A stretch of DNA of 63,965 bases, counting the filler, from Craspedostauros australis (lineage: Eukaryota), in the NCBI GenBank assembly GCA_030167865.1. It is 7 parts of 7 records of this genome, joined end to end, with 100 filler letters (N's around TTAATTAATTAA, not from the genome) between each part and the next. Parts side by side here need not be neighbours in the genome. Positions count along the whole stretch, not along the records: positions 1 to 17,815 come from JALAGF010001020.1; 6 more parts are not named here. One strand, 5' to 3'. Under the pieces are notes generated by a model that was given only the letters and a program-made list of their open reading frames with translations, had not been told where the DNA came from and did no database searches. Positions 1 to 10,498 of this stretch are shown here, one piece after another. The translations under genes and the position numbers were made by a program. Position 1 is the stretch's first letter, and the number at the start of each line of letters is the position of its first letter.

Positions 1-2400
1 GGCATCGCAAAAGAGAAGTGTGTTGCACTTCTGTATTTTTGTGACTGCATCTGTGATGACTGCATCTGTGATGACTGCATGGGAAGCGCGGACATGTACA
101 TCGAAGACGGATCCTCCTTCTTCAAGGCGTGGATGTGGCAATGGTGCGCGATTGAGCTGATCGTATTCTCTGTTTCTGTGGAGAAAAGCATCTCAATCGA
201 AACGCCGTTGCACAATTACCAATCAGTGATTGTGTCATGGGGGAGCAAAAAGAGATGCGAACCGGCACTTCATGACCTTTTTGCAGAACAGGCGCAGGAC
301 GTGCACATTCGATGAAGACGTCGACGCGTCCTGCGAAAAGAGTGATGCGTCTCTGCACAACTCAGTTGTCAGCAACGCTTCACGCACCCGCATGCACATT
401 TTCGATGTCATGCGCCTCTCCGCATGTGTGGTTGTCATCGAACGCGCTGCGCAGTGCAGGCTATTTGCATGCGGATGGTGCCAGTGCACATTCGTTACAA
501 CAACATCCTCCACACATCATTCCTCGCACATGCACTGCACATCATGCACATTCTCCGCGCATCCGCGCATGTGTCGACATCTTTCCTGCGATCTGCACAT
601 TTTCCACGCATCCCCACATTTGCCAACACCTTCCCTTCAATTTGCACATTCTCTGCACATGCGGGTCGTCTCGCATTTTGATGCAAAAATATGTCTTTTC
701 CATGTCTTGTAAAAGTCCGATACGACATGAATCCGGTCCCGCCTCTTGCCATCACGGTGTCACTTCCACTTTAACTTTTAGTGCTAATAAGCAATAAGCA
801 GCAGAGAATCAAGTAAATTACTAGTGTTCTTGACCAATAGATAGCGATGAAATTGAATGAAATCATCTTTTTCTTCGTTTTATGATTTTTTTCAGTGATC
901 AATGATGTTAGTCTATTATGTCTTGTCTAGATCTAGAATATTATTTATGTCACAGTCATGACTGAATAGTGTCGCAGTGATGTCGTGGGAATTGTGCGGA
1001 TGCACCGATGAATGGCCATCGTTGGGAATTGTGCGGATGAAGCGAAGATGCATGGAGTCGGGGAAATACACCGCGATGCACACATCAGCAGACGTGTCGG
1101 GGATTTCTGCGCATGCACTGCACATGTACTTTCCGTGCGCATCTACTTCCCCCGCACTTGCACAGGTACACACGTCGTGCATTTACTGCGCATGCGCAAT
1201 GAGGCAAGCAATCAGGTGCACAAAGCGGTGTGCGGGCAGCAACTTGGGCACCAACGCAGGTCTGTCGCGCACTTTTGAAGCACATCGACAATCGTGTTTG
1301 TTGCTGCATCATGACCAATTAGTTTGCAAAGCATATTTATGCTTGTGGTCGGAACAAATGCATGCTTCCCTGCGAGAATCCTTGGTATGCCACGATGCAG
1401 ATCTGTCATGCTCTTCCGAAACGAACACGAACGTCGGATGTCGCACCATTCCTTTTTCTCCGCATTGCGCATGCGATTATTCTGTCGTGGGAAAGCAGCG
1501 CAGCCATGACGTTGAGAAGAACACCACCACAATTGCAACAAGCATGTTGTCCTCATCTTTTCAGGATAAGTACTATGCACATGGCATTGTTCTTTTTCCG
1601 CCACGTCTGTGACGATGGTCTTCTGGGGACGAAATGAACAACTTTCTCTGTGTGGTACCGGAGAATAGCATGTTTGCGCTTCACCAAGCATTCGAACAGT
1701 GTTGGGGACTCTGCGTGACACGGAGAGTCTGTAAGTGCTCTGTCCCAGCGGCAATCAAACAGCACATTTCTCCGCGTCGCCTCTTCTGTGACGCTCCACC
1801 CGCATGCCAACTTGAGTACGCAGTGCAATTTCCGTGTGCAGCGATGTGGTGGTGGCAGCCCGAAAACGATACGCGGCACGCTGAAACTTGTGCTGGCGCT
1901 CTTCACGTTCTCACTTGTATCAAAACACGGGCGCTGCACCACTCCGCTCTGCTCTACTCCAACATAACCTGTATCTCTCCACCTTTGTGAATACGTGGAA
2001 ACCAACCACAGGTTTTGCTTGCCACTCATGCTTGTGATGGTGGTCGCATTCTACCGGCATTTCTTTGCATCATCTCCTTTGCGAGTACTGTTGTGTTGTT
2101 TCATGCAGTGTGCAGATCAGGCAACCAGTGGTATCAGTCATGAGTGCTAATAGGCTGTTCCGCCATCGTCGAACCATGACTGTTCTGCTCTCCGCATGAT
2201 GCACTTGAACACACCGACTTACTCTGCTCGCAGTCATCCATCACCACCAAGTGCAATCTGCGCATCGCGCAACAACATGAATGTTACGATTACATGCCCT
2301 GTGATGGGCTTAATAGCATTCTTTGGTCATGAGTGTGAAGGAACCCTCAGCAATCATTCACATGTGCCAAATAGCCACCGCATTGTCCTTACCAATTAGC
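1..2400. pseudogene. Degenerate, TpA-depleted relic of unknown origin (repeat, mobile or foreign DNA); right boundary approximate
   Basis: Hand count in 1-660 gives about 6 TA dinucleotides and about 18 TGCA tetramers, with CpG still common. ORF fragments are unusually rich in Cys, His and Met. No intact recognisable gene. Confidence 0.5.
42..80 (+). repeat. 15-bp tandem repeat TGACTGCATCTGTGA, about 2.6 copies
   Basis: Read directly from the sequence. Confidence 0.85.
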
Positions 2401-3609
2401 AGATGATCTGCAACGAGAGAGCGAAACGCGCAAGGAGGAGTAAATAAAGTGACCACATTGGCATGCAGAGCATGGGGGATGCGGTCGTCCACGGAAAAGC
2501 GTGGCATCAACAACAGAAGCCAAAGGATTGCCAACCCAAATCAACCACGGCATTGGTGACGATGACAGCAATTGCAGTGACAGCGGGACTTCAAGCCACC
2601 ATCACAAAGCAGCCACGACATTGGCAACAGCAACAGTAGATATAATACAATAGTGACGACTTCAAATCACACGAGTTATCGCTACCATCTCAATAGTCGT
2701 CGCAGCATTTGTAGCAGTTGCTGGTGCTGTGATGCAGACAGGATCCGAATGCAGGAGGGAGATAACAACTGTGACAAGGACCTGCATTGAAGTGATCATT
2801 GCTGAAAGGTCAGATCAGATGAGAGGGATGCCAACACAAACGAAGAAGCCTCCGCGAAGACCCATGTGGAAGCGGCGAACAATCGAAGCAACAAGTCGAC
2901 AAAACGCTCTGTTGCATTCCGCTAGAACCGGTAATGAGACAAAGTTCACGTCAGACAACAACAGCAATCCGATTTGCGAAGAAACGTGCATGGGCGGAGC
3001 GACTAGGTGAGAACTATCCAAAACGCTCTTCGGAAACATGACTGAAACGCAAGCGCCTCAACCAGCAACTGCTCGGACAAGTTGGTTGTCGACGTCATTG
3101 TTGGAACAACGAAAACGACACGACTTGGACGTGTCTCGGAAATAGCGATACACAAAGCTGATGGTATCATTGTACAATACATGGAGTAGTCAACAGGGTT
3201 CATGTGAAGTTCTTAAAAAGCACTACGCACCATACTTACAAATGCAATGGGACTCGTTTTGTAGTCCTGGGAAATGTGCATTAAAAAAAGTGCTGATATT
3301 CCGCCATTTTCCCAGCATCGGTCAATACTTCAACTTTTTCCCCTGCTCCCAGCGGCATGTGTCTTGGCGCAGTTGAAGGTGCACACGGTGCCGCTGACGG
3401 ATACACACCCTTTCTATCTCTCTCTTGCTGTGTATACGTGTACTCTATGCCAACGTGTGGGCTGGTTCAACTGCCAACCGCCAATTCCGTTCTGCAACGC
3501 TGAACAGAACAGAACATTCATCCATCTTGGAAGACGACCGCGTCAAGCACAACACACCCACAACACTCCAAACCGATATTCCAACAGACCTACTCTAACC
3601 GAATTCACC

Positions 3610-5032
3610 ATGAAGACCGCCGCCATCCTCGCCATCACAGCCACCAGTGCTGCTGCCTTCACCTTCAGCCCATCGGCGTCCCGCGCCGCGCCTGCGTTGG
3701 CCGCCACCAAGGTGAGTTCATCCGTCTCGTTTTACGCATGATGCTTGTCGCCATGGGGATATTTTTGCAGTTCTGCCTTCGATGAGGAGCGTCCGCACGC
3801 ATGGATGACCTTGCACACCTAAACCGTATCTAACCGCCTTCTTGCTTCTGCTTCTTTCGTGATGGTTGCGACAAATGAACCCATGATGTTGTTGTGAATT
3901 GCGCAATGATGATGACCGTAAAAACGACAATGACGACAACGACAACGTGAATGGCAACAACATTGGCAATAACAACGGCAATGACAACAACAATCAAACA
4001 CCAACAACAGGCTGACCTGCAGGAGGAGGCTGCCGCGCTCAACCCACTCGTCAAGTTCTGGGATCCACTGGGTCTGGTCGATACCGGACTCTGGGGATTC
4101 GACGAGGAGCGCACCATCGGATGGTTGAAGCAGAGTGAGGTACGTTGTTGCCAAGCGTGGCAGAACTGCATCGCTTGTTGGATTACTCAACGCAACGTCA
4201 CGCAATTTTGTGGGACAAAAGAAGTCATGGACATGAACGGGGTTGAAGCATTCTGCCTTCGCTCGAACGCATTGGTGGATGATGATGGATGATTCCGCCA
4301 TTTCAGAATTAATTGCATTGTCTTCACTTTTACACGCCGCTTCCGCCGTAGCAGCACATGTGCACTCACACGCCACGTATTCTCCGTTCTTTTGAACACA
4401 CACACACACGCACCAAACTTTATCCAACCACGTTCGAAATGACACGACGTTTTGCACCGTTGCCACCATATTTCATCATGATATAATACGTCATTGGACA
4501 CCTTCAGATCAAGCACGGACGTGTTGCCATGGCAGCATTCGTTGGATACTGCGTGCAATCCAACTTCGTCTTCCCATGGCCACTGACCACGGGCGGCGTC
4601 TCCATGCCAGGCACCGACCTCTCGCCACCAGAGCAGTGGGATGCCCTTCCATTCGCCTCCAAGGTCCAGATCATCGCCTTCATCGGATTCCTGGAATGGT
4701 ACTCCGAGCTGTCCGCCGACGAGGGCGGCAACAGCGGACAGCTCCACTACACCAAGGGCGGCAAGCCAGGTGCCTTCCCAACCTTCGACGCCGTCCCACA
4801 CAAGGTCCCATTCAACCTGTACGATCCATTCAACTTTACGAAGAACAAGACCGAGGAGCAGAAGAAGCGCGGATTGATTGCCGAGACCAACAACGGACGC
4901 CTCGCCATGCTGGGTATCTTCGGATTCCTGTGCGAGCAGACCATCCCAGGATCTGTGCCACTTCTGGACGGCGTTGTCAAGCCATACACAGGAGAGGTCA
5001 TGGCTCCATTCTCCGCCGACATCGTCCTGTAA
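3610..5032 (+). CDS. Fucoxanthin-chlorophyll a/c light-harvesting protein (Lhc, probably Lhcq-like). Exons 3610-3711, 4011-4139, 4508-5032; about 251 aa
   Basis: Bipartite presequence MKTAAILAITATSAAA-FT. Lhc motifs FWDPLGL, SEIKHGRVAMAAFVG and ETNNGRLAMLG. Introns GTGAGT..CAG (3712-4010) and GTACGT..CAG (4140-4507) splice in frame. Confidence 0.95.
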
Positions 5033-5325
5033 GCTCGTCATCCTGTGAGGCCCCAACCATTTATTGAACATATTAGGATGTACAGGAGGAGGAGGAGGCA
5101 CCGTACCACGACTCTCATGCGATCACCACTGATGATGGGCATGCGACCTTCCGAGATACGCTATGCTCGAATATAACACGAGTATTAGTACGATGCCATT
5201 ATGCACTTGCCAAAGCAGCGACTGCCACGGTGGAACATGCTAATACGTTCCTTGCGTACTGGTACCTTCCGCCAATTGTCACCTGAGATGCTTCACATGG
5301 TCCGAGACGCACTCACTCTCATCAA

Positions 5326-6162
5326 TCACAGACGATGGTTGCCAATGTGCCGTATGAGCTCCTCCGTGATCTCTTGCTTGTCATCCTCGTCGACTTCCGT
5401 CTCTGCCAAGAGCAGCGCCGTCTCCACCCCATCGCTGATCGCGTGGACGTTGGCGCCGTATCTAAGAAGGAGATTCACCGTGGTCACACTCTCGCTGAAG
5501 AAAAGCGCAAGTCGCAGCGGCAGATCGCCCGCCTCCGCATGCAGGTTGGGATCGGCGTTGCCTTCCCGCAGCATGTATTCCAGCATCTCCTCATGCACCG
5601 TGGTGTGCAGCATGTGCCCGATGGCCGTCACGCCCCAGCTGTTGCGACGATTGAGATCCACGCCGTACTCATGAACCAGGACCCGCATTGCTGGCAGATG
5701 GTTCTCTTCGCAGGCGATGCAAATGGCCGTCAGACCGTCCCCGCCATCCCAGTAGGGATCGGCGCCATGCGCCATCAGCAAACGGATGATATCGGCGTCG
5801 CGATTGTGCGCAATTGCCACGTGCAGCGCAGTTAGATTGTCGCAGTTGCATGCATTGGCATCGAATCCCTTCTGCAGCAACGCCGTCACGAATCTGCTCT
5901 CGCCGTTTGCTTCGCATGCAACGTGCAGCGGCGTGTTGCAATGGCTGTCGTGGATGGTGAGATCCGTGGTTTCTTGCAGCGCTTGCGTGAACTCCTGCCA
6001 GCGGTTCTGCACGATACAACGGCTGAGAAACGGCTCCCCCTTGGCGGCGGACGCGGAATCGCAGTGGAACATGATGCTGTCGCAGGCTCTGAGAACAGTT
6101 GGCGAGCTTGTGCCGGTGCGATCGGGAGCGTCCCTCATTCGGCATGGGCAGACAATGGCCAT
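5326..6162 (-). CDS. Ankyrin-repeat protein; start ATG uncertain (6162, 6138 or 6072)
   Basis: About 6 ankyrin motifs: NTPLHVAC, LTALHVAI...LLMAHGADP, LTAICIAC...YGVDLN, LLLRYGANVH, ETALLLA. Confidence 0.85.
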   Translation of the reverse strand: MAIVCPCRMRDAPDRTGTSSPTVLRACDSIMFHCDSASAAKGEPFLSRCIVQNRWQEFTQALQETTDLTIHDSHCNTPLHVACEANGESRFVTALLQKGFDANACNCDNLTALHVAIAHNRDADIIRLLMAHGADPYWDGGDGLTAICIACEENHLPAMRVLVHEYGVDLNRRNSWGVTAIGHMLHTTVHEEMLEYMLREGNADPNLHAEAGDLPLRLALFFSESVTTVNLLLRYGANVHAISDGVETALLLAETEVDEDDKQEITEELIRHIGNHRL

Positions 6163-6564
6163 GACGAGAGATGCTTCCGCATGATTTCTTGCCTCCCTCC
6201 GCCTCTCATTCTCTTGTTCTTGTTCTTGTTCTTGGTCTGGTCGAGAACACCCACCAACACTGCAACTCAAACACGATTGGAGGACAAACACGACTGGAAG
6301 TGACCAAGAATGGGATCCGAAAATGGAAACTGAACAGTTCGGAGACGAAGCAAGATCTCCACGCTCCACAATCCACAACACAACAGACAATACAGATAAC
6401 GTGTGCAGCCACGACAACCGCAGAGCAACAGGGGACACAAGAAGCAGCAAGAGGCAAGAGGCAAGAAGACACACCAACTATTCTAGAATATTATATACGA
6501 ATAGATCGTACGAAGACGAACAGAACAAACGTCTACAGCCCATCCCATCGCACCTCGTCCCAGC

Positions 6565-7107
6565 ATGACTCTCAAGACCGCGTTCGTGACCGCCATCGCC
6601 ATGGCCATCCTGTGCCTGACCGCGTCCCCCATCGCTGGCGTCGCTGCGGCTCGGCAAGAATCCGACAGAGTGGGCGCCTACGAAGTCATCACCGACCTCA
6701 AGGACTCCGGGGTCGTCAAGTGCGCCGAAGTCGCGGTCACGACGTTGTTCAAGACCGCGATCGAGGCCTTGACCGATGACACGGGCGCGCTGAAGGACCA
6801 CATGGATTCCGACCTCATTCCCAACTACTCCTTCTTCGAGACGGCGCGCGACATGGGCGGAGGGTTGGATTGGGAGAGCTTCGACGTGCGCGTCGTGGAA
6901 GGATCGGATCAGGTCGTGGCGGGCATCATGTACCGCATCACCATCGCGTTGCTGGATCCCGCCGATTGTAACACCTGCAAGGGCGGGTTCCGTGTCGTGA
7001 TGTACGATCATTTCGGGGACATCAGCATCAGCACCTGGGGGCAGGAGGTCAGCTGCGAAGTCTTGGATGAAATGATCCTGGAGTTGGATGCCGATGGAGG
7101 AAACTGA
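6565..7107 (+). CDS. Secreted cystatin-like protein (putative cysteine-protease inhibitor), 180 aa
   Basis: Signal peptide MTLKTAFVTAIAMAILCLTA. Cystatin hairpin motif QVVAG followed by xxYxI (DQVVAGIMYRITI), then a downstream Trp. Strong GC3 codon bias. Confidence 0.7.
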   Translation: MTLKTAFVTAIAMAILCLTASPIAGVAAARQESDRVGAYEVITDLKDSGVVKCAEVAVTTLFKTAIEALTDDTGALKDHMDSDLIPNYSFFETARDMGGGLDWESFDVRVVEGSDQVVAGIMYRITIALLDPADCNTCKGGFRVVMYDHFGDISISTWGQEVSCEVLDEMILELDADGGN

Positions 7108-7412
7108 GATGGTCGCGACGTTGCATCCTGCATACGATTGGTACCATGCTCTCATAATGTATAGAGTGGTTGCACCGAGAACTATTGCATGGTGCGTGTG
7201 CACTCCGAGCTGAAGAACACAACAGGACAGTCGAGCGCCATGGAGAAGCATGAAACAACGCATTACATTATACAAAGCATTATATTATACAATAGAACTG
7301 ACAAATCATGACAGCCACGAGCGTAATGCGGTAGGGTGTGAAGTCGAATGTAAGGCTAAGAGTACTCAACGAAGCGTATTCACTCCTCCATGCACAACCA
7401 ACAGGCACGCCC

Positions 7413-9403
7413 TCATATGCGTGTCGCGGCGTCCACGGTGGGCCCCAGCTCCGCCAGCACGTCAGGTGCCGTCATGGCGCGACCATGCTCGTCGTATGCG
7501 CGTTTCGTTGCCATCTTGGCAAAGCAGCATGCCGTCCAACAGGCCAACGGCAAATCGTCTGCTGTTGCGAATCCCGCCGCTGCCATTTGTAAGGTAGAAG
7601 TGGACGATGCTTGAGGTGCGGACGTCGGTGAAGCATCGTCTACCCCGTTGTGGCCTTGCCTTGCTGCACGCTGCGTCAAGATGCGATTCCATGCCACCAG
7701 AGTCCCCAACGTCCCTGCCAGAACGTCGCCGATCCCACCCGAACGTTTCCAACCTCCCTGTTCTTCGCAGTGGTACTCAATTCCCTTCGCCTTGTGCACG
7801 ATGGTGTCCGTCGCACCCTTCTTGCAAATGATCATATCCTTCCATCTTTCTTCTCCGAGAGGTGTGCATTGCATCAGACGTTTGTACTCCACAACGTTCG
7901 GGGTGAGGACGCACGGTGGCAGCAATGTAGAGGTACTACTACTGCCGCTGATGCTACCATCACGCACGGATCGTTCCGCATCGTTGCAAAGCAATGTTCT
8001 GACGTACGGCTCCTGCGTCAGCATGAACAATGCATCCGCATCCAGCACCAGCGGGATGTTCTGAGATTGCGCGGCCTGGATGATCTTGGCAACGCCCTTG
8101 AAGACCAACGGACATCGTCCCAGCCCGGGACCGATAATCAACACGTGGAGACGGTTCATCGTCGACGTCACTTCGTTCACCATCTTGTCCACGAGCATGC
8201 TGGATTTGTCAACGAGATTGGTGGATAGATTGCATGTACGCAAGTTTGCACGTAGGAATGAATGAATGAATGGGCGAGTAAGTGAATGAGTGAAAGAGAA
8301 GGAAAGGCTACAATCATGTTCAACGACAGCAGCACAAACATGCTCGTGCGCATGGAGACACGTACACAAACATGAGCCACCATGGCCATCAATGGAATGA
8401 AATGCAGACACCCACATGCACAGGAGTACCTTCCACGTAGTCACAATCGATTCGCACACAAAACCCTGAACGGATGCTCCAATCAACGCAACGAAGAAAC
8501 CAAACATCGGCGAGTACTCGCGAGAGAAGCACAACGCGCAACAACTCACTCCGCCTCGGCTGACTCTGTCTGGTTGGTCTCCACCAACCGATCGAAGTCT
8601 GCTGCCGAATAGATGGAGGAGACCATGAGTTCCGGCGAGTAACATTTGATGGGAATGCAAGCCTCTTCGGCACAAAAGACGGATGCCAGGTCGGCGCCAA
8701 CCTTGAGGCTGGCCATTGCCGCGTAGTACGGTGCGCCCGTGTACCGTGCCGATCCGCCCACTACGCCGATGCGTCCCGAGGAACCCTTGTGGGAGTCGGA
8801 AGATAGCGGAAGGATGCAGCGCTGCTGCTGCGAAGTCGTATCATGCTTGGTCCACGTGGTGGGTACATCTGTCATAGTGGGACGATTCGTGGATGATTGG
8901 GATTGTCTTTGTGCCTTCTGGGTTGTTGCCCAAGTGCCAGGGTTGGGAATGTCGGATGCTGGCATTTGATCACCTCCTGCGAATGAAGATGTTCCCGAAA
9001 ACAACCTCGACGAGATGAAACGAGATCTGGATGCATTCCGTTTCCTCTTGCGGTCGTGGTGCTCGTCGAGGCCACGATTCAGAGGCCAACTAGGTCGTCC
9101 ACGATGCTCGCACGAGTAATCCGCCCCAGTTCCAATCACAGATGCGGCGGCGGTCGTTGGAACCCTGTTCCGTGTCGTGGAGACGTGAGAGTACGCAGCC
9201 CCGTTGATCGCAACCAATCCCTGTGTGATTGACAAGCACGCACAAAGCGCCGACGACAACCTGAGCGGATTCCTGCCGCTGCCACGAATGCCTCTGGTTG
9301 CGGCGGTCTTGCAGGGATCAATGACGACAGAAATGGCAGTAGCGGCAGCGGTGAAAGCTGTGCTGGCTCTCATTAATCGATTGGGGACGAGCAATACCGA
9401 CAT
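7413..9403 (-). CDS. NAXD: ATP-dependent (S)-NAD(P)H-hydrate dehydratase (NAXD/CARKD). Exons 9403-8550 and 8199-7413; about 546 aa
   Basis: Motifs [67 protein letters not shown] and [13 protein letters not shown] phase-2 GTGAGT..CAG intron (8549-8200) joins the two ORFs in frame. Confidence 0.93.
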
Positions 9404-10330
9404 CCATCAAGGTTCACCGTGTGCCTCGTTCGTCTGGCTTGATCGATCGATCGATCGATTGCTTGCTGGATTCGTTGTGAAGGATGATGTTGTTATTGAA
9501 GCCGCAAAGGTTCGTCTTGGGCTACAACTACTGGTACTGGTACTCTCACGCCAACTCGTACCTGCGAAACGAGATCAGATGAGACCCAAGAGGAATCGGG
9601 GCGTGCGGAGCTCCGGAACATCCCATGGGCCGCACAGCGGCGTCCTTCATCTCTTTCTCTGGGGCGCGAAGCCGTTCTTTTGCTCTCTCATGATCGTCAT
9701 CGATGCTCTTTTGGCGCCTTCTTTTTGTGTTGGTGGTAGTTTTTGGTTCGCGTTCTGGCGAATCCGATGATGGATTCTCGCATGATGGCAGTGAGTCGTG
9801 GTAGGCTTCCTGTGACAATCGTGACCCATCCGACTGAACTGTGGACTGGACCACGTTTCACGAGGCCTAAAATTGACACCAACCACCCAAACACAACCAC
9901 AAACACAGACCACAACAGACCTCAACAAACAGGAACGGAACAGAACAGAACAAACAATGGGGAGAGACGCCACAGAGGTGTTGGTGCTGCACAGCCCAAC
10001 GGAGAGACAGAGAAGAGAAAGAGGGAGAATCAGGAAGGCGACAGCCTCATTCGCGACATCTGTTGCATCGTGACGTTGTGACGAAAGCTCCACATCTGGC
10101 GCGAGCGAAAAAGAGAATACGCTTGTGGTGCCTCCACATGCGCAATTCCAGAGGGAACATTTCTTTCATTTTCTTGGCGCGCTCTTGGTTGTGTTGATCC
10201 TGTGAGTTCCACCATCCGCACTCATACACACAATACCAGAGAAGCGTTGTATGGTACAGCACTCGCACATGAATCCTTCCGATCAGAACAGAACTGCATG
10301 TCATTCCAAGCTGGATTCCTTCCATTGTGG

Positions 10331-10374
10331 TCAATCGGTCAATCAGTCAGTCAATCAGTCAATCAGTCAATCAA
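10331..10374 (+). repeat. Imperfect (TCAA/TCAG)n microsatellite between the divergent NAXD and IRE1 genes
   Basis: tcaatcggtcaatcagtcagtcaatcagtcaatcagtcaatcaa. Confidence 0.7.
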
Positions 10375-10498
10375 GCCCCCATAAATCCCCCAAACACCAA
10401 CGGGTTCATCCAAATCGCAAATCCACCTTCGCGCCACAGATCCAAAATCCGCACCTTCGTTTTGGCGCCATTTTGAGCGAGGTGATCTTGAATCCAGC

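Noticed and set aside
1..2400. Cys/His-rich ORFs as metallothionein or zinc-finger genes
   Set aside because: Cys and His are enriched in all frames on both strands, which points to a nucleotide-level TG/CA excess rather than protein selection.
4187..5101. 304-aa minus-strand ORF over Lhc exon 3, and similar antisense or alternate-frame ORFs over IRE1, the 19.8-25.6 kb gene and 39201-40247
   Set aside because: Antisense shadows of real, codon-biased genes.
8186..8220. Near-duplicate CTCGTTGACAA / CTCGTGGACAA across the NAXD intron acceptor, as evidence of intron gain by duplication
   Set aside because: Only 11 bp with a mismatch and no counterpart at the donor site, so chance cannot be excluded.
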